Source: an uncultured delta proteobacterium (GTDB taxonomy: Bacteria; Myxococcota_A; Polyangia; Fen-1088). Taken from it: 64,000 nt of DNA. The translations under genes were made by a program, and so were the position numbers. How positions within the stretch are numbered: position 1 is the stretch's first letter; every line of letters starts with the position of its first letter. Positions 44,225 through 52,742 of this stretch are shown piece after piece. The notes under the pieces were generated by a model. It saw nothing but the letters and a program-made list of their open reading frames with translations, ran no database searches and was not told the origin of the DNA. The stretch is from NCBI GenBank assembly GCA_963737265.1, contig CAVTRY010000014.1, forward strand, positions 224,001-288,000, given 5' to 3'.

Positions 44225-44992
44225 TCAACTCCGCTTCACGGATGGCGTCACGACCGAATTGAAAGCTTGGTTGAACGTGGCGACTTCGATCGTCTTGGTG
44301 TTCAAATAGTCGTCGAAGTACGCCCAGGACGCCTGCTCGTCGAGGAGCACTTGGGCGGTGAAGACGCGGCTGAAGACTCCGTTTTTCGCGTGTTCGGACC
44401 CGAATAGGCGCAGGGAGACGACGTCGTGGATGCGCGGGTCGGGATAGAAATTGAACTTCAGCTTGAGCGGATCGAGGCCGTGCTCGTGCAACAGCAGATT
44501 CACGTGGGCGGCAGTGTGGAGCATGAATCGGTAAAGGCGCGTATTCGCCACCGGCGAGGCGAGCCGACACCACACGTGATATCCGCGGCCGCTGGCAACG
44601 ACGAGCGTAGCGCAGCCGGTATTGTTCAGTCTTTCCACGAGCGCACGCACGGCCAGCTCGACCTCGGGAATGACGACCGTGTTGTTCGTCGCGTGGTTGT
44701 TGTCCAAATTGAAGCAAAAGGTCGAGTTGATGCGCTTGTCGAAATAGAGGCAGACGTTGCACTCCTTCTCCACGTGAGCGCGAAGCAAATCGTCCATGCG
44801 CGACTCGGAAATATTCGTCAGCTTGTATTTGTGAAGCACGTTGGAAAGGGTGAGCTCGCCGTATTCCAGCTGCATGTCGCCCGCGAGCAGCCTTTCGAGA
44901 AAATCGAAGCCATAGCGTGACATCTCGACCTTCGCCCGGTCCATCGGCAGACCGCGGTAGAAGGCTTTGATCAGACTCACCCGCCAATCCAC
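44225..44992 (-). CDS. Archaeo-eukaryotic primase (AEP/PrimPol)-like domain protein with a divergent active site
   Basis: Motif I FCFNLD (NxD for DxD), motif II ASGRGYHVW, KFNFYP, SLRLFGS.H.K.G; spacing resembles TOTE/CAPP-type AEPs. Confidence 0.7.
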   Translation of the reverse strand: MDWRVSLIKAFYRGLPMDRAKVEMSRYGFDFLERLLAGDMQLEYGELTLSNVLHKYKLTNISESRMDDLLRAHVEKECNVCLYFDKRINSTFCFNLDNNHATNNTVVIPEVELAVRALVERLNNTGCATLVVASGRGYHVWCRLASPVANTRLYRFMLHTAAHVNLLLHEHGLDPLKLKFNFYPDPRIHDVVSLRLFGSEHAKNGVFSRVFTAQVLLDEQASWAYFDDYLNTKTIEVATFNQAFNSVVTPSVKRS

Positions 44993-45549
44993 GACCGGAC
45001 CTCGGTGAAAGTCTCGAACCCGCGCGCGCCAGCGCCCACGACGGCTCGATTCTGATCGTTGATTGGGTAGTACACCTTCACGCCATAGCGCCCGCCGTAC
45101 TCGATGTTGAACAGGTTGTCGTCGACGAGGATGTCAATGCCCCAGAGCTTGCAGAAAACGATCTTGTTTCCGGCTCTGAAGATTCGATCGAATGGAATGC
45201 CGTTTTCGTCGAGCCAGGTTTTCGTGTGCCGATAGGAGCTTCGCAGATCCCGGTGCGTGCAGATCACGATGCGCCAGCCTTCCCGCTTGAGCCACCGCAT
45301 GAAGTCCACGGCGTCGGCGCGCGCCTTGGCACGTCGATAGCACTCGAGATGAATCTTGGCTCGAAAAAACGAGAACTCGGTGCTGAGAAGATCTTCCACC
45401 TCGGTCGAGCCGTTTCGTATTCTTTGCAGGTACTGCTCGAAGACGGCGGGCGAGACTGCGAACTTTTCGTCGTACTCGAAGCGCGTGCTGCGCAGCGTTT
45501 CGGTGAAGTCATTCAGCGTGTCGTCCAAATCGACCGCAATCGTCTTCAC
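44977..45549 (-). CDS. HAD-superfamily 5'(3')-deoxyribonucleotidase (NT5C-like)
   Basis: IAVDLDDTL (motif I), ICTHR (II), NK (III), LVDDN (IV); overlaps the AEP gene by 16 nt. Confidence 0.85.
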   Translation of the reverse strand: MKTIAVDLDDTLNDFTETLRSTRFEYDEKFAVSPAVFEQYLQRIRNGSTEVEDLLSTEFSFFRAKIHLECYRRAKARADAVDFMRWLKREGWRIVICTHRDLRSSYRHTKTWLDENGIPFDRIFRAGNKIVFCKLWGIDILVDDNLFNIEYGGRYGVKVYYPINDQNRAVVGAGARGFETFTEVRSWIGG

Positions 45550-45629
45550 AGTGGCCGTGCTCCCGCGGCGGCCCGCCGCGCCCCGGCCTTGATGTTGCTG
45601 GCGCTTCGGCCGCTGCTGGTGATGTTCAT
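45546..45629 (-). CDS. 27-aa small ORF MNITSSGRSASNIKAGARRAAAGARPL, or the frameshifted N-terminus of the HAD gene
   Basis: GGAGG 5 nt before the ATG; TGA overlaps the HAD GTG start (GTGA). Confidence 0.45.
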   Translation of the reverse strand: MNITSSGRSASNIKAGARRAAAGARPL

Positions 45630-45851
45630 GGCGTCCTCCGAAAAGCTATCTTGTACCCAGGGGAAAACAAGCCAATCTTTGCGGGGGATGCCGCCAAGGA
45701 CGATGGTTGATGGATTTCTGGACAGCAAGGGTTCGATCACTACCCGAGATCCTGGGGAGGCTCGATGCGAAGGACACATCGCAGCCGAGTCGGCAGGAGC
45801 GGCGCCACACGCTCACCGTCGGTGTTACGACGCTCTATCGATCCAGCACGT

Positions 45852-47430
45852 TTACTGCACCATGAGGTACATCTCGCTGGCGGCGAGAACGAGGGCGCCG
45901 ACGCCGTAGTCGTGGGTCTCAGTGGCCGCGGCGGCCGCGGGTGAGCTTCCCGTGGCCTGAATGTAGCCGACCCGGCCCTGCGAATCCACGCAGCTCACAA
46001 GACCGTTCCAAGCCGCGACCACGACCGGCCGATAGGTTGCCTTGTCGAGCAATCCCTGGTTGATCCCGTAGGCGATGGCGTAGCTGATGAGGCCCGTGCC
46101 GCTGACCTCGGGATTGTCGTATTTCGTCGGGTGCGTGAGATCCGCGTGCCAGGTACCGTCGGCCTGTTGATAAGGCACGATGGCGGCAGCCATGGACTTG
46201 AGCAAGCTGACGTAGGCATCGTGGCTGGGATCGCTGGGTGGAAGGTATTGCAGGACACGCACGATGCCCGCCATGACCCAACCATTGCCGCGCGACCAGT
46301 AGACGGTTCCATTGACGAACGAGGAGTCCCGCCAAAACAACCCCGTCTTGGTGTCGAGGAGACCGACCAGCGTGGCTGACCACATGGTGTCGAGAAAACT
46401 GTAGTACGTGTTCTGTCCCGTGATCGTGCCTAAGCGAGAAACCACTCCGGGCGCCATGAACAGAGCATCGCACCACCACCAATCGTCGACATTCTGAACG
46501 ATTCCCGGCATCGGGCTCGCGACCATGGCGTCGATGCTGGTCTTGGTTTTCGCAACCATGGTCGTGTTGGCGGCGATGGGATTGGTCAGGTAGATGTCCT
46601 CGTAGACTTGGCCCGCGCACTGATTGTCGGCGCTTCGCGTGGGCGAGCCTAGCAACGTCCACCGGTTGGTCGTGGCCCACGCGGTGGCATCGCCGAGATA
46701 GGTCGAATCGGTGGTGGCCAGATAGGCGGCCATCACGCCGATGTAGAAGGTGGCCTCGGTCCATTTGTTGACCCAGGAGGGGATCCTCTGGCCCGAGCTG
46801 GATTTCATAGGGGATTACCTTCTTCAAGATGGCCAGAATGTCGGCGGCCGCGGGCAGCCCGGCCGTCGAGCCGCGCGCGCCCGAACTTCCGCCGGTACCG
46901 GTCGCGCCGCCCGAGCTTCCGCCGGTTCCAGTGGTGCCGCCCGTGAGCGTTGTCTGCCCACCCGTTCCCGGTGCGCCGCCGCCGCCGGTTGCGCCGCTCG
47001 CACCAGCCTTGCCGCCTGCGCCACCTCTGCCGATCGTGCTGCCCACGTTCCCGCCACTCGTGACGGAACCGCCGGAGCCCACAGAACCACCCGTACCTGA
47101 TTGGGTCGAGGTCCCAGAGTCAGCCACTCCGCCCGCGCCGCTGACACCACCCGAGCTGGAGCTTTCCCCCGTACCGATCACTCCGCCCGATCCCGTCGCG
47201 CCACCGCCTGACCGCGTCGCCCCGGTTCCGACCACGCCACCAACGACTGCGGTTTCGTTGTTGTCGACCGCAGCGTCGGCTGCTCCCGTGTTTTCCGTCC
47301 GATTCGAGGAACTACAGCCGATGGTCCAACCAGCCGTGAAGCAAGCCACAGCCAGCAAGACACGCAGAGTCGCCGATTGCCGTACCGAAGAGACCTCGCG
47401 AGCCCTCGCTACCTTGTCTTCTTTTGCCAT
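45852..47430 (-). CDS. GH105/GH88-family unsaturated glycoside hydrolase lipoprotein with a Gly-rich linker (frameshift near 46790)
   Basis: Lipobox TIGC, GGxxG linker; SADNQCAGQVY, WWWCDALFMAP, YWSRGNGWV, EVSGT, YGVGA. Confidence 0.85.
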
Positions 47431-47672
47431 GAGGATCCCTTCGTGAGCCCTCGCTACGTTGTCTTTTTATGAGGATTCCGGTGCGAGGTTTGGTTACTAT
47501 CATGGCCGACTCCATCGTGGTCCTTGCATGCAACCGCCTCTCGGGGCACGTTGGCTTGGGACGAGTAGCATTCCTCCCGCTTCACAACACCACGCCAGGT
47601 TTCCGGCGAGATAGATTGAAGTCGGCAGTCGATTGGGTCATCTGGTCATCGTCACGCAATTGTTGGTACTGG

Positions 47673-47798
47673 AGCGCTCACCCAAGCCCGCCTCAACTTC
47701 GCCCGCGCCCGCTACGAATACGCGCTTGCGCGCGTGAGCTTGGCTCGCGCGCCAGCCGAGTAGAGCACACAGCGCGCGGGTCATGGCGCGCGTTGACG
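47673..47798 (+). repeat. Displaced copy of the tolC 3' end plus downstream sequence (inverted relative to 21608..21734)
   Basis: Encodes ALTQARLNFARARYEYALARVSLARAPAE* versus tolC ALTQARLNFARARYEYALARMSLARALGE*; the non-coding tail also matches. Confidence 0.92.
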
Positions 47799-47810
47799 AA
47801 TCTCGGTTCC

Positions 47811-48238
47811 TCATCGAGATCGCCACTTTGGGTTGGCACCCATCTCCGTTCGCAACCCCTTTCGTACGGTCTTAATGCGCTCGAAGTCCTCATCGCTATG
47901 TAGAAGGGTGGCCTCGGCCTCGATGGCGTGGGCGGCGATATGGCAATCCACGCTGCTCCTGACGGTGAGCCCGCGACGGCGGCAGTCGAAAAAGATGCGG
48001 GCTGCTTCCCAATGCAGCGCCGCAGGATCCACCGGCACGGCGAGTTGCTGCAAAAACAGATGCGCGCGCAACAGCCGCCATTCCTTTTCGTCGTGCGCCC
48101 CCTGCATGACCTCTTGGCAACACACGAGGGGAATAGCGAATGACGTATCGTCCGCCTCTAGACGGGCAGGATTTCGGCAGCGGGGGTATTCCTTCCGCGA
48201 AGAAAATCGATCAGAACCGAGGTGTCGACCAGGATCAT
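47811..48238 (-). pseudogene. VapC PIN-domain toxin (frameshifted)
   Basis: MILVDTSVLIDF start at 48238; QEVMQG, VRSSVDCHIAA, LLHSDEDFERI. Confidence 0.82.
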
Positions 48239-48310
48239 CGGCGCGCGGACCGCGCCGCCTTGTAGTCGTAGCCTGGTGCAAACCGGATCTTGCCCCTAAG
48301 CTCGGCTGGG
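48235..48310 (-). pseudogene. 3' remnant of a VapB antitoxin
   Basis: ELRGKIRFAPGYDYKAAR* with an ATGA overlap onto the vapC start; no 5' part visible. Confidence 0.65.
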
Positions 48311-48377
48311 GCAAGCCGGTGAGTAGGGCACGCCAGGCGTCCAACAGGACACCGGGACCGCCCCCAGCGCTGGCTTA

Positions 48378-50111
48378 TCAAAGTGGCGGGTATGCGTTCT
48401 TCATCAGCTCCTGGAACTGTGCCGAAAACCACGCGCCGGACAGCGGTGCGTTTGGCAGTGCGCCGGACAAGTTGTTGCCGTTGCGGGCGTTGCCGGTGTA
48501 GGTCGGATCGCACATCCTGTCGAAGCCCTTGCCCTGGTCGTTCGCGATGAGCGAGCTGGCGCCGTCGGATTCGCCCGGCGGCTTGACCCAAACGTAGGCG
48601 TGGATGCCGTTGGCGCCGACGGCTTTGGGGCGTTCGCCAAGACCCGCGCCGCTTTGGTTGCACCAGTTGCCGAGGTGGATCCGTCGATCGATCCGCGACG
48701 CGTTGATCATGGTATTCACGTCGGTGGCTGTGCTTGCGGCGGTCGGCCGGCTCGCCCCGCCCCACCCGTTGCGGGAAGTGTCGATCAGCATGCCGATGTT
48801 GGAATTGAAACCAGCCGAGATCAGGCGCGCTCGAAATGCAACGGCGAAGCTCTGTTCGTCGACGTAGCTGTTCCAGTCGATCCACTTGGACTGCCGGGTC
48901 GCATCGGTCACTGTGATGAAGGGCTCGACCAAGGCCGAGTAGTTGGCGGTGTTGGTGATGAATCCCGTCACCGTATTGAAACCGCCAACCGCGCTCTTTG
49001 CCGCGGTCGCCATCAGATCGGCCGTCGCGCCGAAGTTGTCGTCCCAACCGATCCAACCGTGGTGTGCGGCGTCGATATAATTGTAGGTATTGGGAAGGGT
49101 GTGCAACTTGCCGAGCGCGTAGCCAATTCCAGCAACATAGTTGCCGTTGGCCTTCATCGTATCGCACATGGGGGTGGCGGTTGCCTTTCCGCCCGTGTTG
49201 GTGACGAGGTTGGGTAGCGAGTCGATCTCGATGATGTTGATGATGCGAAGGTTGATGTACTTCGCGTCGCTCATCAGGAGGGCGATGGGGTCGATGTACT
49301 CGGTCTTGTAGCGCGGTAGATCGGTCGGCCCCAATTCGCCGTTGGAGGCGAGCGCGGCGCAGTCACGGCCGGGCAAGTTGTAGATGACGAACTGGACGTA
49401 GCCTGCGCCCTGGGCAACCGCGGCGTCGAGGTGCGCGCGCAAACCCATGGTGGTGCTGTTACCGGCGATGGCGGCGATGCGATCGAGCCACACCGCCGTC
49501 GGGTTGTTCGACACCCGGCTGCCACCTGCCTCGGCGTCGGCCTTGGCTTTCCAGTCCGGGTTCACGTATCCCGTCACACCCTGGTAGGGATTGTCGAGGC
49601 GGGGAATGGGCGGGCCTGTGTAGGGTGTCACCGTGATGGGGGTGGCGCCGGTGCTTGTCGACGAGGTTCCGGTTGCAGAGGAAGTCGCGGTGGCGCTGCC
49701 CGTGCCAGCCATGGTTCGTGTGGCGACGCCTGTACCTGTGCCCGAACTGGTTTGCGTGACTCCCGGCGTGGTCACCGTGGAGACGAAGGTTCCCGTGGTC
49801 GTCACGGTTTCCGAATTGGTGACGGTTTGGATGTACGTGACCGTGGCCGAGGCCGTGACGGTGCCGGAGATAAGGCCGGTCACGACACCGCTGCCGGACG
49901 TCGTGGCGGTGCTGGTAAGGATCGCAGTGGCGCTCCCGGTGGCCACGGCGGTGACCGCACCCGGCGACGTACCGACGGTCGTAGCCGTTGGAGGCGAAGG
50001 TTTGGCTGCCGCTTGATTGGATTCGTCCTTCGAACAAGCCCCTAGCTGAAGGGCCAGCAAGAGGGTGAAGGGTGCTGTCCATCTCCAAAGTGCGTCTCTC
50101 GTGCTTCCCAT
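48378..50111 (-). CDS. GH6 cellobiohydrolase/endoglucanase lipoprotein with a Thr-rich linker
   Basis: Lipobox LGAC; PTAVWLD, VIYNLPGRDCAALASNGE, IEIDSLPNL, IDTSRNG, GNWCNQ, VWVKPPGESDG. Confidence 0.93.
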   Translation of the reverse strand: MGSTRDALWRWTAPFTLLLALQLGACSKDESNQAAAKPSPPTATTVGTSPGAVTAVATGSATAILTSTATTSGSGVVTGLISGTVTASATVTYIQTVTNSETVTTTGTFVSTVTTPGVTQTSSGTGTGVATRTMAGTGSATATSSATGTSSTSTGATPITVTPYTGPPIPRLDNPYQGVTGYVNPDWKAKADAEAGGSRVSNNPTAVWLDRIAAIAGNSTTMGLRAHLDAAVAQGAGYVQFVIYNLPGRDCAALASNGELGPTDLPRYKTEYIDPIALLMSDAKYINLRIINIIEIDSLPNLVTNTGGKATATPMCDTMKANGNYVAGIGYALGKLHTLPNTYNYIDAAHHGWIGWDDNFGATADLMATAAKSAVGGFNTVTGFITNTANYSALVEPFITVTDATRQSKWIDWNSYVDEQSFAVAFRARLISAGFNSNIGMLIDTSRNGWGGASRPTAASTATDVNTMINASRIDRRIHLGNWCNQSGAGLGERPKAVGANGIHAYVWVKPPGESDGASSLIANDQGKGFDRMCDPTYTGNARNGNNLSGALPNAPLSGAWFSAQFQELMKNAYPPL

Positions 50112-50353
50112 GAGTTGCCTTTCTTCGCCGGTTGGGAGCAAGCGAGACGCATTGAGAACACCAATCCCTTGAACGGCACGCCCCAGCACACTGAATCCCC
50201 AACACTGGCGGTTCGGAAAAGCGGGATCGGGCTCGGTTGTCTCGGCTGCTCTGTGTGGTTTCTATTCCCACACGCGGAATTCTGGATACTAAATTCGACA
50301 GTCGCGGCGCGAAAAAGCTCATCGCCAAAACCGAGGCGCCCGAGCGCCGGTGC

Positions 50354-50418
50354 CGAGATGGAGGTCGCGGCCAGGCTCGCCAACGTGCGCGCGATCGCTA
50401 GCGCGCTCGGAACAGGCC
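50354..50418 (+). repeat. Second displaced tolC fragment (inverted relative to 21832..21896)
   Basis: EMEVAARLANVRAIASALGTG versus tolC EMDVAAKLANVRATASALETG; colinear at DNA level over 65 bp. Confidence 0.85.
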
Positions 50419-50488
50419 AGAGCCGGGCCGCACACCGACGCGTGAGCCTGCTATAATCCTGCGCTTTCACCACGAAGGGAATTCACAC

Positions 50489-51574
50489 ATGATCGGTACA
50501 TTGCGCGTCGGCGTGTTGGGGGCGACAGGTATGGTGGGTCAGCGGTTCTTGGCACTTCTAGAAAATCATCCGTGGTTCAAGGTCACGACCTTGGCCGCGA
50601 GCGCGAGCTCGGCCGGCAAGACCTACACCGATGCCGTCGCCGGACGCTGGGCCATGAAGACGCCAATTCCTGCGGCCGCCGCAAATCTGAAGGTCCTCGA
50701 TGCCTCGGCCATCGAGGATGTCTGCAAGAACGTGGACTTCGTTTTTTGCGCCGTGGACATGCCCAAGGAGGACACCAGGCGCCTGGAAGAGTCCTACGCC
50801 AAGCGCGAGATCTCCGTGGTGTCCAACAATTCGGCCCACCGATCGACGCCCGACGTGCCCATGATGATCCCCGAGATCAACGCCGACCACGCCTCCATCA
50901 TCGTCGAGCAGCGCCGCCGCCTTGGCACCCAGCGCGGCTTTATCGCGGTCAAACCCAACTGCTCGCTGCAAAGCTACGTCCCGGCCATCGACGCCCTCAT
51001 GGCGTTCGGTCCCAAGGACATCTTCGTTTGCACCTATCAGGCGATTTCGGGCGCGGGCAAGACCTTCGCCACCTGGCCCGACATGGTCGACAACGTGATC
51101 CCCTTCATCAAGGGCGAGGAGCAGAAGAGCGAAGAGGAGCCCCTAAAGATCTGGGGCAAGCTGGACGGCGCCAAGATCGTCACTGCCACCCTGCCGCGCA
51201 TCTCTGCCCAGTGCATTCGCGTGCCCGCCAGCGACGGCCACATGGCGGCGGTCTTCGTGCGCTTCGACAAGAAGCCCACGCCCGAGCAAATCATCGCCTG
51301 TTGGAAAAACGCCTCGGGCAGGCCGCAGCAGTTGAAACTGCCCAGCGCGCCCGTGCCGTACTTGACCTATTTCGAGGAAGAAAATCGCCCCCAGACCAAG
51401 CTCGACCGCGACACCGGCAAGGGCATGGGAATCACCATCGGCCGCCTGCGCGCCGACCCGCTGTTCGACTACAAATTCGTTTGCCTGTCGCACAACACGG
51501 TCCGCGGCGCCGCCGGTGGTGCCGTGCTGACCGCCGAGCTGCTGGCGGCGGAGGGGTATATTACGGCGAGGTAG
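50489..51574 (+). CDS. asd: Aspartate-semialdehyde dehydrogenase
   Basis: GATGMVGQ, SNNSAHR, KPNCS, YQAISGAG, SHNTVRGAAGG. Confidence 0.96.
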   Translation: MIGTLRVGVLGATGMVGQRFLALLENHPWFKVTTLAASASSAGKTYTDAVAGRWAMKTPIPAAAANLKVLDASAIEDVCKNVDFVFCAVDMPKEDTRRLEESYAKREISVVSNNSAHRSTPDVPMMIPEINADHASIIVEQRRRLGTQRGFIAVKPNCSLQSYVPAIDALMAFGPKDIFVCTYQAISGAGKTFATWPDMVDNVIPFIKGEEQKSEEEPLKIWGKLDGAKIVTATLPRISAQCIRVPASDGHMAAVFVRFDKKPTPEQIIACWKNASGRPQQLKLPSAPVPYLTYFEEENRPQTKLDRDTGKGMGITIGRLRADPLFDYKFVCLSHNTVRGAAGGAVLTAELLAAEGYITAR

Positions 51575-51596
51575 GGGCACCACCGGCCCGCGCCCG

Positions 51597-52721
51597 CTAC
51601 ATCTCGCGGGCGGCGTGGTGGCGGCTTAGAATCTCGGTCAGCTCGTCGAGCGGAAGCGCAGGCGCGAAGTGATCGGACTGGCCGCGCATGTCTTCGGCCA
51701 TGCACAGGGCGTTCACGATGGCTTCCTCGGTGCATTCGACGACGGCTTCATAGAGGCCGTCGCAGGCGTCATCGAGCAGAACTTCGATCTGGTGGGTCAT
51801 GCCCGAGGTCGCGCGCGGCACCTTGTTGGCGGTGGAAAACCCGATGATGATCTCGCCCGACGCGTGCGCGGCGAACGAGCCGACGCGGCCAATACCGAGC
51901 GCCGCGCGTTTGCACAAGCGGGTGATCTGCGACGGCAGCAAGGGCGCATCCGTGGCCACCACGCAGATGATCGAGCCAGCGTTGCGCACGCGCTTGCCGT
52001 CAGCGGAGAAATCGGGCGCCAGGATTTCCCCGACGGGAACGCCCGAGATGCGCAGCGAGTGCATGACGCCGAAGTTGGACTGCACGAGGACGCCCAGATT
52101 GTAAGTCAGTTGGGAGTCGTCGCTCGTGGCGTGAACCACTACCCGCCGCGAACTGGTGCCGATGCCGGCTTTGAAATCGCACGTGACGAGTCCGGTGCCG
52201 GCGCCGACCGAACCCTCGGCGACGCGACCGCCGCTGGCTTGCTCGATGGCGCGATAGACGTGTTCCGAGCGCACGTGGCGGCCGACGGCGTCGTTGAGCC
52301 ACGAATCGTCGCACTCGCCGACAATGGGGATGATCACGTCGAATTCGTTGCCGATGCCGGGAAAGCGGCGGGTCATCCATTTGACGGTGGCGTCCGACAC
52401 CTTGCCCACCGACATGGTGCTGGTGAGCAGAACCGGGGTTTCGAGCAGGCCCCATTCCACGACCTGGGTCAGTCCCGACACTTCGCCCGCGCCGTTCAGC
52501 ACGAAGGATCCGGCCAGCACGCGTTCCGAAAAGACCGGATCGGGGGGCAAGATCGCGGTGACGCCCGTGCGTACCGGACCTTCCCCGACGACCAAGGGCC
52601 CGTCGCCTTCGATGAGCGTGGTGTGGCCGACGCGTACGCCAGGGACGTCGGTGATGGCATTGCCGGGTCCGGTGGGCACCCGGCCGATGGCGAATCCCAA
52701 ATCGCGAAAGCGCGCGCGCAT
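51597..52721 (-). CDS. P1/S58 family peptidase (DmpA-like aminopeptidase)
   Basis: GNAITDVPGVRVGH, RTGVTAI, GECDD, EGSVGAGTG, GSII autoproteolysis site. Confidence 0.92.
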   Translation of the reverse strand: MRARFRDLGFAIGRVPTGPGNAITDVPGVRVGHTTLIEGDGPLVVGEGPVRTGVTAILPPDPVFSERVLAGSFVLNGAGEVSGLTQVVEWGLLETPVLLTSTMSVGKVSDATVKWMTRRFPGIGNEFDVIIPIVGECDDSWLNDAVGRHVRSEHVYRAIEQASGGRVAEGSVGAGTGLVTCDFKAGIGTSSRRVVVHATSDDSQLTYNLGVLVQSNFGVMHSLRISGVPVGEILAPDFSADGKRVRNAGSIICVVATDAPLLPSQITRLCKRAALGIGRVGSFAAHASGEIIIGFSTANKVPRATSGMTHQIEVLLDDACDGLYEAVVECTEEAIVNALCMAEDMRGQSDHFAPALPLDELTEILSRHHAAREM

Positions 52722-52742
52722 GGCTGACGCCGACCTCGTGGC

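Noticed and set aside
43689-44987. 432-aa ORF as a full IstB or AEP-IstB fusion
   Set aside because: Only a short internal stretch resembles IstB; the rest is an alternate frame of the AEP gene.
46830-47260. Gly-rich repeats in the GH105, CAP and GH6 genes as DGR or VNTR loci
   Set aside because: Low-complexity protein linkers; no reverse transcriptase and no template/variable repeat pair with adenine-specific differences.
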